DNA of 46,037 nucleotides from a phage: the sequence record PZ445465.1. The stretch is one strand, 5' to 3'. Below the pieces are notes generated by a model that made no database searches, had not been told where the DNA came from, and was given only the letters and a program-made list of their open reading frames with translations. The translations under genes and the position numbers were made by a program. Shown here piece after piece: positions 33,460-43,336 of the stretch. Position 1 is the first letter of the stretch. Each line of letters starts with the position of its first letter.

Positions 33460-33945
33460 TTAGAAGGGTATTGAATCATCGAAGTCTATCGGATGCTCAT
33501 TGCCTCCTTGTATGCTTTGTTGTTTTTGCTGTTGTTGTTGCTGTTGCGATTGTTGGCCTGATTGCTGTCGTGGTTGCTGCTGACTGGAATCATCACGTTT
33601 ACCACCAAGCATCTGCATAACGCCGCCCACCTGTGGAATAACAATCTCAGTGGTGTATCGGTCTACGCCATTGCTGTCAGTCCACTTACGAGTGCGTAGC
33701 TGACCTTCGATATAAACCTGCGATCCTTTGCGAAGGTATTCTCCTGCAACTTCTGCAAGTTTCCCGAAGATGACAACGCGATGCCATTCAGTTTGCTCTT
33801 TCTTTTCTCCTGTTTGCTTGTCCTTCCACTGTCCAGATGTTGCAACAGAAAGATTGGCAATTGCAGAGCCTGATGCTGAATATTTAACTTCAGGGTCGTT
33901 GCCGAGAGTGCCGACAATAATTACTTTATTTACGCCGCGTGCCAT
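33460..33945 (-). CDS. ssb: single-stranded DNA-binding protein
   Basis: OB-fold SSB sequence with Gln-rich linker and C-terminal DFDDSIPF tail (E. coli SSB ends DFDDDIPF). Confidence 0.9.
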   Translation of the reverse strand: MARGVNKVIIVGTLGNDPEVKYSASGSAIANLSVATSGQWKDKQTGEKKEQTEWHRVVIFGKLAEVAGEYLRKGSQVYIEGQLRTRKWTDSNGVDRYTTEIVIPQVGGVMQMLGGKRDDSSQQQPRQQSGQQSQQQQQQQKQQSIQGGNEHPIDFDDSIPF

Positions 33946-33948
33946 TTA

Positions 33949-34986
33949 TTAAAATCCTTCAATTGGAGTTGGTTTGTGTTCTGTTTTTTCTTCCTGCGGT
34001 TCTGGCTGCTGTGGTTGCGGTTTAGCCAGTTTTGCAGGATTGAAATTATCCTGCGGAGTTATTACCACAGGAGATAATTGCTCATCATTGATAAAAGACT
34101 CAATGCGATCATATTCAGCGGCAGAAGCAGCCAGAGAAGGCCAGATTGCGCGAATTTTATCTTTCAGGTTATCAGGTATTGATTTTGCTTCTTCCTTCAG
34201 GCCTTCCATGCCTTTTGCTGCAGAAAGCTGAAGTCTTGAGCGCCATGACTCAAACTCTTCGTCAACTTTAACTCCAGAGTCCACCCATTTGATGAGTCCG
34301 CGACCATGCGCCTCGCCAATGTATCCATGACGAACACTTTCACGACCAGACTCAAAGAAGATTGGGCGTAGTTCTTCTGGTAATTTGGTGAACTCCTGGA
34401 TTTTTCCTCCATCGTGCATCATCATGCTCACGGTCATCTCGAACATGAAATCTTTCTCGCACACTGGCTGCAAACCAAGAGACACAGGTTCCTTCGGGTT
34501 TGCGAAATCAGTTTTCTGACGGGCGCGAAGGCATACAATGATATGCATATTGCTTTGCAGCATGGCGTTCATGAACTTCTTGTGTTCAGCTTTGGCGCGC
34601 TTCCAGTCAGCCATCTTTTTACCGTTAAGCAGCGGCTTTTCAGCAATCTCCGTGCAACTGCCTTCACCTTCCCATTCATGCGAACCTGAATCAATAACAA
34701 GAACCTTAACGCCGGCAGCCTGAAACTCTTCAATGGCCTGACGGTAACGGGCCGGGCTGAATGGAGCATACATATCAGCGTGCAGGAATTTGCCATCAAG
34801 GATGTTTGAGTACAGGCGACCGCGACCGTTTTCAGTATCAAGGAATCCGATTTCTTCTGGTGAATCAACCATCCCGCGAGCCAGCTTAAGTGCGCTATAT
34901 GTTTTGCCGCTACCTGACTGGCCTGAAATGCCGATGACCACGCGAGAACCTGAACGCTCTGCTGGTTTAATATTGAGAATACCCAT
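33949..34986 (-). CDS. P-loop ATPase (recombination/replication-associated, putative)
   Basis: Walker A GISGQSGSGKTYSAL; located between exonuclease and SSB; start set at ATG 34986. Confidence 0.55.
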   Translation of the reverse strand: MGILNIKPAERSGSRVVIGISGQSGSGKTYSALKLARGMVDSPEEIGFLDTENGRGRLYSNILDGKFLHADMYAPFSPARYRQAIEEFQAAGVKVLVIDSGSHEWEGEGSCTEIAEKPLLNGKKMADWKRAKAEHKKFMNAMLQSNMHIIVCLRARQKTDFANPKEPVSLGLQPVCEKDFMFEMTVSMMMHDGGKIQEFTKLPEELRPIFFESGRESVRHGYIGEAHGRGLIKWVDSGVKVDEEFESWRSRLQLSAAKGMEGLKEEAKSIPDNLKDKIRAIWPSLAASAAEYDRIESFINDEQLSPVVITPQDNFNPAKLAKPQPQQPEPQEEKTEHKPTPIEGF

Positions 34987-34996
34987 TTGCATTACC

Positions 34997-35185
34997 TCAC
35001 TCAAATTCTACAAAATCACCACCAACCATTTCGACGATAATGAATCCAGATTCATCATCATATGTTGCCTGCCATATAGCTCCAGTTTCGTCGCTTATGT
35101 TAAAGGTACCACCAAAAAAGTCAGCGCTATACCACTCATCTTCTTTAAATCTTTTGCTTGTTGAGCTTGCACAAAATAATTTCAT
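34997..35185 (-). CDS. hypothetical small acidic protein
   Basis: ATG 35185 with GAGGTG RBS. Confidence 0.4.
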   Translation of the reverse strand: MKLFCASSTSKRFKEDEWYSADFFGGTFNISDETGAIWQATYDDESGFIIVEMVGGDFVEFE

Positions 35186-35202
35186 TTGCATCACCTCACT
35201 AA

Positions 35203-36144
35203 TTATAAATTAAACTGTTTTTTGAACCATTCAGGCGTTTCCATTTCTATGACAGGATTACCCATTGAATAACCGGGCCACGAATTGGCTTTTTTGCACG
35301 CCTTGTAAATTTCCATAGCGCCATGCAACTGAATTCGACCGATGCGTAATTGCTCTTCAGTCAAGCGAATTAACGCAGGAATAAATGGTGCTTTCTTTTC
35401 CTGAACGAGAAGATTAACAGAGCGTGGCGCATGACCATATGCCGCAACAAACATGTCGTGCTGCATCGCCATTTTCATAAAGTACCCAAGTCTCGCAGCA
35501 TGACGGAAAAACTCTTCTGGCTTGGCGCTCACCGCTGTTTTGTAGTCGATGATGTCGCCACCTTTGGTAAGGCAGTCAAAGCGAACTTTTGCCTTCTCTC
35601 CGTTAATTTCACCTAGAATTGACACTTCAGCATAAGCACCAGCGAGAAGACTGCTGTAATAGCTGTTTGCGTGGATTACAGCACGCATTTGCTGAATAGC
35701 GTCATAATCACCACCTTCCAGCATTTGCTTTCCTACAGCAGCTTTTTCAGCCTCTTCACGGATGACATCGTAAATTTTCACTGGCTCGCCAGTCGCCTGG
35801 ATGATTTTGATCACCTCAGCTTTCGACTTTCCTGAAAGTCCTTTGATGCCTCGTTCTTTTGCCCATGAGTTCATATCACTTACAGTAACAAGCAGGTCAT
35901 CACCAAAATCTTCTTTGGTTGGCATTCGTGCATATTCAGCATCAAAACGCTCTGGTTCAAGCAACGCAGTATGGCTACCTGTACCGAATATAAGAGCTTT
36001 TGATTGCTCATCCTCTTCGTCTTTGTATCGCCATGCTGCTGGGCATCTGTCAAGTATATTCCATAATCCAGAGCCATTAATATGCTCTGTGTCTGCGTGG
36101 TAATCTTCATTACTGAGTTCATTATTGAAATAGACTTTCATCAT
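35203..36144 (-). CDS. PD-(D/E)XK-type recombination exonuclease (putative)
   Basis: DCLTKGGDIIDYKT motif; neighbours SSB and ATPase. Confidence 0.55.
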   Translation of the reverse strand: MMKVYFNNELSNEDYHADTEHINGSGLWNILDRCPAAWRYKDEEDEQSKALIFGTGSHTALLEPERFDAEYARMPTKEDFGDDLLVTVSDMNSWAKERGIKGLSGKSKAEVIKIIQATGEPVKIYDVIREEAEKAAVGKQMLEGGDYDAIQQMRAVIHANSYYSSLLAGAYAEVSILGEINGEKAKVRFDCLTKGGDIIDYKTAVSAKPEEFFRHAARLGYFMKMAMQHDMFVAAYGHAPRSVNLLVQEKKAPFIPALIRLTEEQLRIGRIQLHGAMEIYKACKKANSWPGYSMGNPVIEMETPEWFKKQFNL

Positions 36145-36770
36145 CACTCTCCGTGGTTACAGAATTCTTTATGCATCTTTTCTCTGAATTTCATCACAGA
36201 CAACCTCGCTCTCTCAATATCATTGAATAACCCAAGATGGTATCTTTTCCCGTTAACATCACAGTAAGCCTGCCACTTTTTAACCTGTTTTTGCCAATAC
36301 ACACCTTTAACTCCTGATGTGTTATTTTTTGGTTTTTTAGCGTTATACTGGTTCTGCATATTTGTTGCGATTCTTAAGTTGCAAATCCTGTTATCGTCAC
36401 GCACGCCGTTAATGTGATCAATTTGACCTTCAGGCCAGAAACCATAATAAATCAACCATGCCAAGCGATGCGCGTAGTATCTTTTATTATTTATGCTTAT
36501 CTCTATGTATCCGTTATGTTTTTTCCTGCCAGCGACACTACCCTTTCTTATACCTCCACCCGTCTTATTTCTAATGAAAACCCCCGTTTCAGGGTTGTAA
36601 TTTAAGCTATCCAAAACAACATCACGTGGTATTCTTTTTCTTCCTCCTATGGTGTTTGACTCTGCACTTCCCTGAGCAAAATCTTGCTTTTGCAGTTCCG
36701 ATAAACTCATTTCCACAAACCTCGCACTTCTTAACGGTGATAGCCATTTCTTATCCTCTATTGTAATCAT
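36144..36770 (-). CDS. HNH homing endonuclease with AP2-like DNA-binding domain
   Basis: HNH-type His/Asn core (YAHRLAWLIYYG...IDHINGVRDDN) and C-terminal SGVKGVYWQKQVKKWQAYCDVNGKRYHLGLF AP2-type segment. Confidence 0.65.
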   Translation of the reverse strand: MITIEDKKWLSPLRSARFVEMSLSELQKQDFAQGSAESNTIGGRKRIPRDVVLDSLNYNPETGVFIRNKTGGGIRKGSVAGRKKHNGYIEISINNKRYYAHRLAWLIYYGFWPEGQIDHINGVRDDNRICNLRIATNMQNQYNAKKPKNNTSGVKGVYWQKQVKKWQAYCDVNGKRYHLGLFNDIERARLSVMKFREKMHKEFCNHGE

Positions 36771-36815
36771 TTACCGTTACATTGCAAGTAACTTTTATTT
36801 GTTACTAACGATACA

Positions 36816-37241
36816 TTAATCTACGTCATCCAGCAAGCCAAAATAGAAAAGTGTGGCTTTTTTTAGTTCATCAAGACCGTAAGCGATGGCTGCATAATGA
36901 CCAAGCCTGCACATCTCTGTTAGAACTGCTGATTGATCCTTGCTCACTCTGCTCTTACTTTTGTCACGGCGCTTTGCCTCAATCATTCCGCAGCAGTGGT
37001 TCGCACCCGGAGTCATTATTACGTTATCGCCTATTCCAGGCTTAACCCCCATCTTCTGGCGCTTCAGTACGAACTGGACGCGGCTGGATGTTCCTGTTTC
37101 ATTCGGGACGTGAAACCATAGCACATCAGGGAAACAGTGTTGCATCCATGTACCGTAACCCATCTGGTCAGTCTCCTCTTTTGGGCATTCGCCGCGATAA
37201 CCGCTATCAAATACCCATATACCGCTATCAAGCTGCTTCAC
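36816..37241 (-). CDS. VRR-NUC domain nuclease
   Basis: GMIEAKRRD motif; start assigned to GTG 37241 after AGGAG; no in-frame ATG near the 5' end. Confidence 0.6.
   Translation of the reverse strand: MKQLDSGIWVFDSGYRGECPKEETDQMGYGTWMQHCFPDVLWFHVPNETGTSSRVQFVLKRQKMGVKPGIGDNVIMTPGANHCCGMIEAKRRDKSKSRVSKDQSAVLTEMCRLGHYAAIAYGLDELKKATLFYFGLLDDVD
36817..36827. promoter_or_regulatory. TAATCTACGTC motif upstream of the HNH gene
   Basis: copy of the recurrent motif in the short spacer between the VRR-NUC stop and the HNH start. Confidence 0.3.
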
Positions 37242-39165
37242 TTTGTTCTCCTGCAAAATCTTTTCTATGGATTATGTCGCGACCTTTATCATTAATGCGA
37301 TGAGTGATGCGTTTTGGCGCTTTAATCAATCCAGCATACATCATGAACTGCTTAGCATTCTGGCATTTCAGGATTTTCCCCGCCATTGACTTATCATCAA
37401 GGTGAGGAAAAATAGCCTTTGCCTTGAACATGTTTTTCATGTGAGTCGCACCGCCATATGGGTAGAAAACTTCGTTAGCCCAGCCTTCTTTGCCATCACA
37501 ACGATTAATCCAGTAGCGATACAAAATACCTTCTCCATCCTTTGTTAGCTGGACTTTGAAATCAATAACATCAGCCCACTCATTATCGGTATACGCACGC
37601 TCATTCAGTGCCGCATTCGGGTCGCGCAACACGTGATCGCAATGCCGGCAATAGCGCGCCGTTGGGTCGTTTTTAGTGCCGCATCCATCATCAAAAATCC
37701 GTATTCCGTGCTTATCAAAACCGCAACGAATATAACTGAAAAACTCCTCGCAGCGACCATCTGGCGACAATGCATCTTTGCCAATGCATCGACGCGCATA
37801 TGGGCTGTTCATTGTTCCACATGTATGACACGGAACTTGTTCGCCACTGCGTTTTGAACGTTGCGCTTCAGCTTCTTCCAGAATTGGGTCTTCATATAGC
37901 TGACCAAGCTCAAACATCGTGCCTGAGAAATCAAGAACCAGATGGTTTTCTTTATGATACCCGGCGTCAATTTGGTCTTTCTTCAGCAGTCGCATTCCGC
38001 GACCAAGCAACTGAACAAGAAGGGTGAGCGACATTATTTTTCGCAATATAACGCTTGTATCCCATAGCGGGATGTTTACGCCGGTCGTCAAGCAACCAAT
38101 TTGGAAAACATATTTAATCTTGCCAGTGTATGCATCCTTTAATGCCTTGCGTCTGGCTTTCTGTCCCATATCTTCGGTGACGATCGCATAACTTCCTTCA
38201 GGTAGGTATTTTGCCGCCTCCTGACAGTGCTTCTTGCCAGCGCATGTAATCAATACGCCGTTTCTGTTTTTTGTCAGCTCCATAACCTTGAGCATGATTT
38301 TCTGCGTGAGTGTTCCTTGCTCAAGGATTTCTTTCTGCATCTGCTTGAGTTGCTCGGTGGTAAATTCCTGAACTCCATCACTTCCTGACGCCTCAAATGC
38401 TGACAGGTCGTAATGCAGATCATCAATATCATGAAGACCAAAAATTGTAGGGACAAGAAAGCCATTATCAACAAGGTATTTGGTATCAATATTTATTATT
38501 TCATGCTTCCAGTAAGAACCCTTAATTGACTCAGTTCCACGAAATGGGCTGCCAGTGTAGCCAATAACAATGACATCGTGTCCGTATTTAGCTTTGCACC
38601 TACGGTTAAATTCGGTCATTATTACGCCGTACTGTGTGTCTGAATCTTCTCCAACAATATCCTCCCAGTTCACTTGATGGCACTCATCAACCAAAATATA
38701 TCGTGGGCAAAAGTCTGAAAGTGCACACTTTGAGATAACATTGCCTGATTCATCCTTTATGTCGAAAAGTGAGTTTTTTATTGTTCTCTCCGTCCCAGCA
38801 ATAAGCGGGTATGCCGTTGACTTTCTGCCAAGAGACGCGCTGAAAAGTGAGTTTTTAACACTCAGATTCCATAGCTCTTCCGCATCCTGCTCAATAATTT
38901 CCCCCTGTCTGGCAATAACAAGGCCTTCCCACCCCATATCCTGAAAGCGTCGCGCAATCATGGCAATCATAATGGTCTTTCCAGCACCTACAGATGCCGT
39001 CACAAAACTTGGCTTAGGGTCTTTGCCAAACTTGCGGATAACTTCAGCCGTCTTTTCATAAACCAGCCACTGATATGGTCGCGGCTCAATCTCACCCGTA
39101 TGAACAACTGACCGCAATTTGTCTATATCCAATTCAGCAATCATTGCGTCTATTTTATGCGTCAT
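37228..39165 (-). CDS. SF2 DEAD/DEAH-box DNA helicase with C-terminal zinc-ribbon region
   Basis: Walker A GAGKT, motif II DECH, multiple CxxC pairs in the C-terminal third. Confidence 0.8.
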   Translation of the reverse strand: MTHKIDAMIAELDIDKLRSVVHTGEIEPRPYQWLVYEKTAEVIRKFGKDPKPSFVTASVGAGKTIMIAMIARRFQDMGWEGLVIARQGEIIEQDAEELWNLSVKNSLFSASLGRKSTAYPLIAGTERTIKNSLFDIKDESGNVISKCALSDFCPRYILVDECHQVNWEDIVGEDSDTQYGVIMTEFNRRCKAKYGHDVIVIGYTGSPFRGTESIKGSYWKHEIINIDTKYLVDNGFLVPTIFGLHDIDDLHYDLSAFEASGSDGVQEFTTEQLKQMQKEILEQGTLTQKIMLKVMELTKNRNGVLITCAGKKHCQEAAKYLPEGSYAIVTEDMGQKARRKALKDAYTGKIKYVFQIGCLTTGVNIPLWDTSVILRKIMSLTLLVQLLGRGMRLLKKDQIDAGYHKENHLVLDFSGTMFELGQLYEDPILEEAEAQRSKRSGEQVPCHTCGTMNSPYARRCIGKDALSPDGRCEEFFSYIRCGFDKHGIRIFDDGCGTKNDPTARYCRHCDHVLRDPNAALNERAYTDNEWADVIDFKVQLTKDGEGILYRYWINRCDGKEGWANEVFYPYGGATHMKNMFKAKAIFPHLDDKSMAGKILKCQNAKQFMMYAGLIKAPKRITHRINDKGRDIIHRKDFAGEQSEAA

Positions 39166-39180
39166 AGCTACTAACCTTTG

Positions 39181-39221
39181 TTGATGTTTCTACGTCAGTT
39201 AGCTTATACTCAATCTACACC
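39181..39221. promoter_or_regulatory. divergent promoter/operator between helicase and primase
   Basis: TTGATG-N18-TATACT on the plus strand with GTTTCTACGTC (39186-39196) inside the spacer; CAATCTACACC at 39211-39221. Confidence 0.45.
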
Positions 39222-39240
39222 AACAATCAAGGGTCAATTT

Positions 39241-40194
39241 ATGAGATATGACTGGAAGGAAATCGAGCCAAAAATGATCGGCAACTGGCAGGCTGCCATC
39301 ATGTCTATCGTCAATGTGGATAGCAGAGTTTTCAATGGCAAGCACCAGCCATGCCCTCATTGCATGGGGGTTGACCGGTTCCGTTGGGATAATCACTTCG
39401 AAACAAAAGGCGATGGCGGCGCAATCTGCAATCAGTGCGGTTCCGGCAGCGGCATGAATTGGCTGATGAAACTCTCCGGAATGAGCTTTCCTGAAGCGCT
39501 GGAGGCGCTTGGTGGATTCCTGAACATGCACCCGCGCGAAAAGCTGGAGGCAATCAGGAAGGAGCTACCGAAGATAAATTATAGCGATGACTTCATCACT
39601 GAGCAGGAAGTCGCCGCAATAATGGCTAAAACGACTCGTGTCGCGATGAATGAGTGGACTTTGATAAATGGTATTGGTTGCGACGTTAACGTCACCAGAG
39701 GCAAATCTGGAGAACTTATTGCGGTTGAGATGATGCGAGCTGACACAATGAAACTGTGCAACGTGGCATTCATTGGCATGGATGGTGATTCAATCAGAAC
39801 GTTTTTCCGCGCAGGATACAACAAGGACTCAGCCATCAACGGCAAACTCACGCGCGGCGCGATAAGCCCAATCGGAGAAGACAACGGGAAGTTCATTTAC
39901 CTGGTATCTGATTATGCCGATGCGTGGAAGTGCCATTACTTCACTGGCGCGCATGTCTGGTGCTGCTGGTCGCCGGAAAACATGTGGGAAGTGGTGCGCT
40001 CTGTTAGCAATGAGATGAAGTCACGGTTACGCTGCATAGTTAATTATAAATTTGACGAACTTTGCGCTGCGGAAAACGCAGGGATTCCGGTGATGCTTCC
40101 TGATGATGCCGACACTATCAGGATGGCAAAGAGAATCAGGAGAAAGATTTATGACGCTGGCGAGTTGATAGAAAAAATGTCAGTCAACAGATAA
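39241..40194 (+). CDS. DNA primase (zinc-ribbon plus Toprim-like)
   Basis: CPHCMG...CNQCGSG zinc-binding motif typical of phage primase N-termini; start ATG 39241 after AAGGG. Confidence 0.65.
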   Translation: MRYDWKEIEPKMIGNWQAAIMSIVNVDSRVFNGKHQPCPHCMGVDRFRWDNHFETKGDGGAICNQCGSGSGMNWLMKLSGMSFPEALEALGGFLNMHPREKLEAIRKELPKINYSDDFITEQEVAAIMAKTTRVAMNEWTLINGIGCDVNVTRGKSGELIAVEMMRADTMKLCNVAFIGMDGDSIRTFFRAGYNKDSAINGKLTRGAISPIGEDNGKFIYLVSDYADAWKCHYFTGAHVWCCWSPENMWEVVRSVSNEMKSRLRCIVNYKFDELCAAENAGIPVMLPDDADTIRMAKRIRRKIYDAGELIEKMSVNR

Positions 40195-40195
40195 A

Positions 40196-40225
40196 AGAAA
40201 CCCTCCATATGGAGGGTTTTTTGTT
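40196..40225. terminator. bidirectional rho-independent terminator
   Basis: CCCTCC-ATAT-GGAGGG followed by TTTTTTG. Confidence 0.6.
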
Positions 40226-40640
40226 ATTTCTTGAACTCTGGTGCTTCAGTCCAGAAGGCTACATTTCGCAGAGACTTACTCGTGTGATTGCACCAGTATA
40301 TTCCTGAGTCATCATACTTGGCAGTAACCTTGACGCGATCAGTATCAATAATAACAACCTCCTGCCCATCTTTAGGGTCGAAAAGACGCGCATCCTTCCA
40401 GTTAGCAATCTCATTAAGGGAAAGAAGAACATAGCCTGGAAGATAAGCGCCGACATCAGCAATGTGAACTATTGTTCGCTCCGTTCTCTCTCCTGTGTAG
40501 TCGCCATTCCACTCATAAAGAATAACCGTGTCTCCAACCTTAAAATCACGATCGTTCTTCCTTAGTTCCGCCTTCTTGTGTCCGGTAACAACAGGCCAGA
40601 AGTGCTCAGGTAAGATTTTTAGTTCGTGTGTTTTGCTCAT
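40224..40640 (-). CDS. ASCH/PUA-like domain protein
   Basis: KILPEHF...GHKKAELRKNDRDFKVGDTV pattern typical of the ASCH domain. Confidence 0.55.
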   Translation of the reverse strand: MSKTHELKILPEHFWPVVTGHKKAELRKNDRDFKVGDTVILYEWNGDYTGERTERTIVHIADVGAYLPGYVLLSLNEIANWKDARLFDPKDGQEVVIIDTDRVKVTAKYDDSGIYWCNHTSKSLRNVAFWTEAPEFKK

Positions 40641-42217
40641 TTCAACCCCCTCATAAATCTCATGCGCTTAACAGCAGCAGAAAGATAATTTCTAACCGTT
40701 GAGTTCATTCGCAGTCCATCCCATGAACCATCGCTGCACATCTTAATCGCTCTTGGGTTATCTCTGTCCAGCATTAGTGGTGAATGCTTATTCTCCTCAA
40801 TCGCAAGAAGAACCTCATAAACAAATTTATCAGGTGTTAGTGTGATGTTATTAGAGTCAGCAGAATTAATTATCTTTTTAATTCTATCACGACACAGCTT
40901 GTTCTTTATAACAGACAAGTAAGGCGTTTTAATGAATGCCTGTGACTCACAAATTCGCTTAATTTTTTCTACAATGTTCTCCCATTCAGTATTTTCAAGT
41001 CCATCAAACTCCTGTTCGCCCTCAAGGAATCTTTGCAGACCAGCGAGATGCTCAAGAACCACGATATATCCCCATTCGACATGCTCCATCGTAACTGCTG
41101 GCGTCATTCCACGGCGACTTGACAGATCTGCGTAAGCCGCAAGAGTTGCAAGGTCTACAATCATCAGCCCCATGCGCGGGATAACGTCACCAACAACACC
41201 ATCGCGATCGCCAAGCTCACTTTCCAGTTTCATAGACAGAGATCTGTGCAGCTTTTTCACTTCATCATCAGCCCATACAGCGTTAGTTTTCGCGGTAAGA
41301 ATCCTACCTTTCCACTCATTGATTATTTTTCTTGAAATTGTGCCGCTAACTTCCACATCCTTCATCGCTGGCATTTCCTCACCAGCAAGATGTCCAAGCT
41401 GGAACAGCACTCGCCCCATACCGCCATCTTTCTGCCATGAACGCGCAGCATCTATTCCCTGCTCTGGAGTGACAGTAATCAGCGGAACAAATTTTGCGTT
41501 TTCAATTCCACCGTCTTTTGTTGCAATTTCGTATTCATTCATTGCCGACTTGAGCGCGCGACCAACGCTGTGGTCCATCATCGCAAGGCGCTTATAATCT
41601 ATGACGCCTTTACCATCATCACCACCAGTGAGTGGAACTATCCATCCCTCAGCGCTTGCTGCCGCCATAATGCGTTTTGGGTTTTGTTCCCAAGTAAGGT
41701 TTTCAAGCAACTCCTTTATTATTGGCCTGTTAGGAACCCACACTCCGCCGTCAGTAAGACCTCTATACCACGCCATAGTGCCGCCAAGATATGCATTACG
41801 CGGGTTGTTCCAGTCTTCAAGATGTTGCTTATCATCGTTCACAACGTAGAGCAAAGACCCACCTCCAGCAATAAGGTCTAACTGCATCTGTTTTGTCGAG
41901 GTTGATTTAGATGCGCAAACTCTGGACCCTATTCCCAGCGCGTTGGCATATGCCCTGACGAAACTCACCGGCGCACCCTTACCTGCACCAGAGCGAGCTA
42001 CCAGAAATATGCCGGTATTGCAGATACTACCTGTTGGACCAATCAAATATCGGCCAGCCATCGCCTGAGTAAGGCCCAATGCACCAGTTAAACGATACCT
42101 CTCACCATCATTACGGCGCTCAAAGTTTTTCGCAATCTCATCCATAAACTCACCAAGTGCACCAGGAGCATCCCTATTCATACCCATAGCCATGGACTCA
42201 AAATCAATAGCGCCCAT
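40637..42217 (-). CDS. large replication-module protein of unknown function
   Basis: 526 aa; start set at ATG 42217 (GGAGGG RBS, ATGA coupling); lies in the operon that starts next to the iteron array. Confidence 0.45.
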   Translation of the reverse strand: MGAIDFESMAMGMNRDAPGALGEFMDEIAKNFERRNDGERYRLTGALGLTQAMAGRYLIGPTGSICNTGIFLVARSGAGKGAPVSFVRAYANALGIGSRVCASKSTSTKQMQLDLIAGGGSLLYVVNDDKQHLEDWNNPRNAYLGGTMAWYRGLTDGGVWVPNRPIIKELLENLTWEQNPKRIMAAASAEGWIVPLTGGDDGKGVIDYKRLAMMDHSVGRALKSAMNEYEIATKDGGIENAKFVPLITVTPEQGIDAARSWQKDGGMGRVLFQLGHLAGEEMPAMKDVEVSGTISRKIINEWKGRILTAKTNAVWADDEVKKLHRSLSMKLESELGDRDGVVGDVIPRMGLMIVDLATLAAYADLSSRRGMTPAVTMEHVEWGYIVVLEHLAGLQRFLEGEQEFDGLENTEWENIVEKIKRICESQAFIKTPYLSVIKNKLCRDRIKKIINSADSNNITLTPDKFVYEVLLAIEENKHSPLMLDRDNPRAIKMCSDGSWDGLRMNSTVRNYLSAAVKRMRFMRGLK

Positions 42218-42507
42218 CAATATACCCTCCATACTCGCAAGAATTTGCCAGGGATAATACCTTGTTTCACAGTTACCACCGCACCAGCCCTGTCAGCCTC
42301 AATTTTTATCGCCTTCTGAAGTGACGTCATTGTCATCTGAAAACCTCGCTCTATATCGTATGCGTAGCACCCATCTCTTCCACCAATCAAAATTGAAGTT
42401 GAATACCCGTTCTCAAAGTAAAACTGACACCCATCAGGAGCTGTAAGATTATTTATCACGTCGTGAGCAAGAGATGTCGTGACAGGGAATATCTGAGCGC
42501 AACTCAT
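42217..42507 (-). CDS. hypothetical protein (96 aa)
   Basis: ATG 42507 with GGAGGT RBS. Confidence 0.45.
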   Translation of the reverse strand: MSCAQIFPVTTSLAHDVINNLTAPDGCQFYFENGYSTSILIGGRDGCYAYDIERGFQMTMTSLQKAIKIEADRAGAVVTVKQGIIPGKFLRVWRVY

Positions 42508-42509
42508 AC

Positions 42510-42749
42510 CTACCTCCACCCCATGTGTAACAATAAAATTTCGTCTTTATCAACATTCACCAACACCTTGATACCCATATCCATTGAAACAATACTGACA
42601 TTTGTTCGAAAACTCGGTAACCCCATCGCGCGCGCACGTTCCCAATCTTCACCACAAACAAACCACCCATCATGCGTTCTCCTCAGGCGCTTAAGTAACC
42701 CGTACACCCACTCAAGATTTGACCCTTTACGGTAATTTAGTTCTTTCAT
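42510..42749 (-). CDS. hypothetical protein (79 aa)
   Basis: ATG 42749 with GGAGGT RBS; first gene leftward of the AT-rich iteron region. Confidence 0.45.
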   Translation of the reverse strand: MKELNYRKGSNLEWVYGLLKRLRRTHDGWFVCGEDWERARAMGLPSFRTNVSIVSMDMGIKVLVNVDKDEILLLHMGWR

Positions 42750-42858
42750 ACTTACCTCCATCTCCAGTGACTCTAATTTTATATAAATAAAAAAGATATG
42801 CAATTCTAATATGTGCTGGCTGTACAGTTTGGCTAATTTTTGCTCGATTTATACCGTC

Positions 42859-43248
42859 TTTACCTGGTTTTTACCGTGCTATTTTTGATGCAACTAATTG
42901 ATTAATAAGATTTTACCGGTTTTACCGGATTTCTTAAGTGGTATTTTAATTATTAAGATTGGCAGTGTATTAATTTGATCTAATTTTAATAAACTTAAAT
43001 AAAATCAATATATTAATATGAATGAATAACTTACTTACCTCTATAGAATTTACCGGGTAAAACCGGTAACTCCTCCGCAAGCCGCGCCATTGCTGGCTTC
43101 ATTTTTACCACCTGTAGGTAAATACAGTAGTTTTTAAGTGATAATTGTTTTGGTAAGCTGTTGATTACCGGTGCTTTATTTAAAAAACCGGCATTTACCG
43201 GTATTTTGTGGAGTGATTAATAAGTGCGCAATTAGTCCTTGTTTACCA
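42859..43248. repeat. AT-rich iteron array (TTTACCGG-type repeats); candidate origin of replication
   Basis: nine or more direct and inverted copies of TTTACC(G/T)G or its reverse complement, e.g. 42859-42867, 42872-42877, 42912-42919, 42921-42928, 43049-43056 with inverted partner 43063-43070, 43105-43110/43117-43122, 43165-43172, 43184-43191, 43194-43201, 43242-43248. Confidence 0.55.
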
Positions 43249-43277
43249 GAATCAACAAGTGCGAAACCTAAATAATG

Positions 43278-43306
43278 TTGACGTAGAAACATCATTGATG
43301 TAGATT
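43278..43306 (+). promoter_or_regulatory. sigma70-like promoter TTGACG-N17-TAGATT overlapping motif copies
   Basis: TTGACGTAGAAAC (43278-43290) and GATGTAGATTG (43297-43307); GAGGG RBS and ATG 43337 downstream. Confidence 0.45.
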
Positions 43307-43336
43307 GAACTCATCGGAACAAACGAGGGTGAAGAG

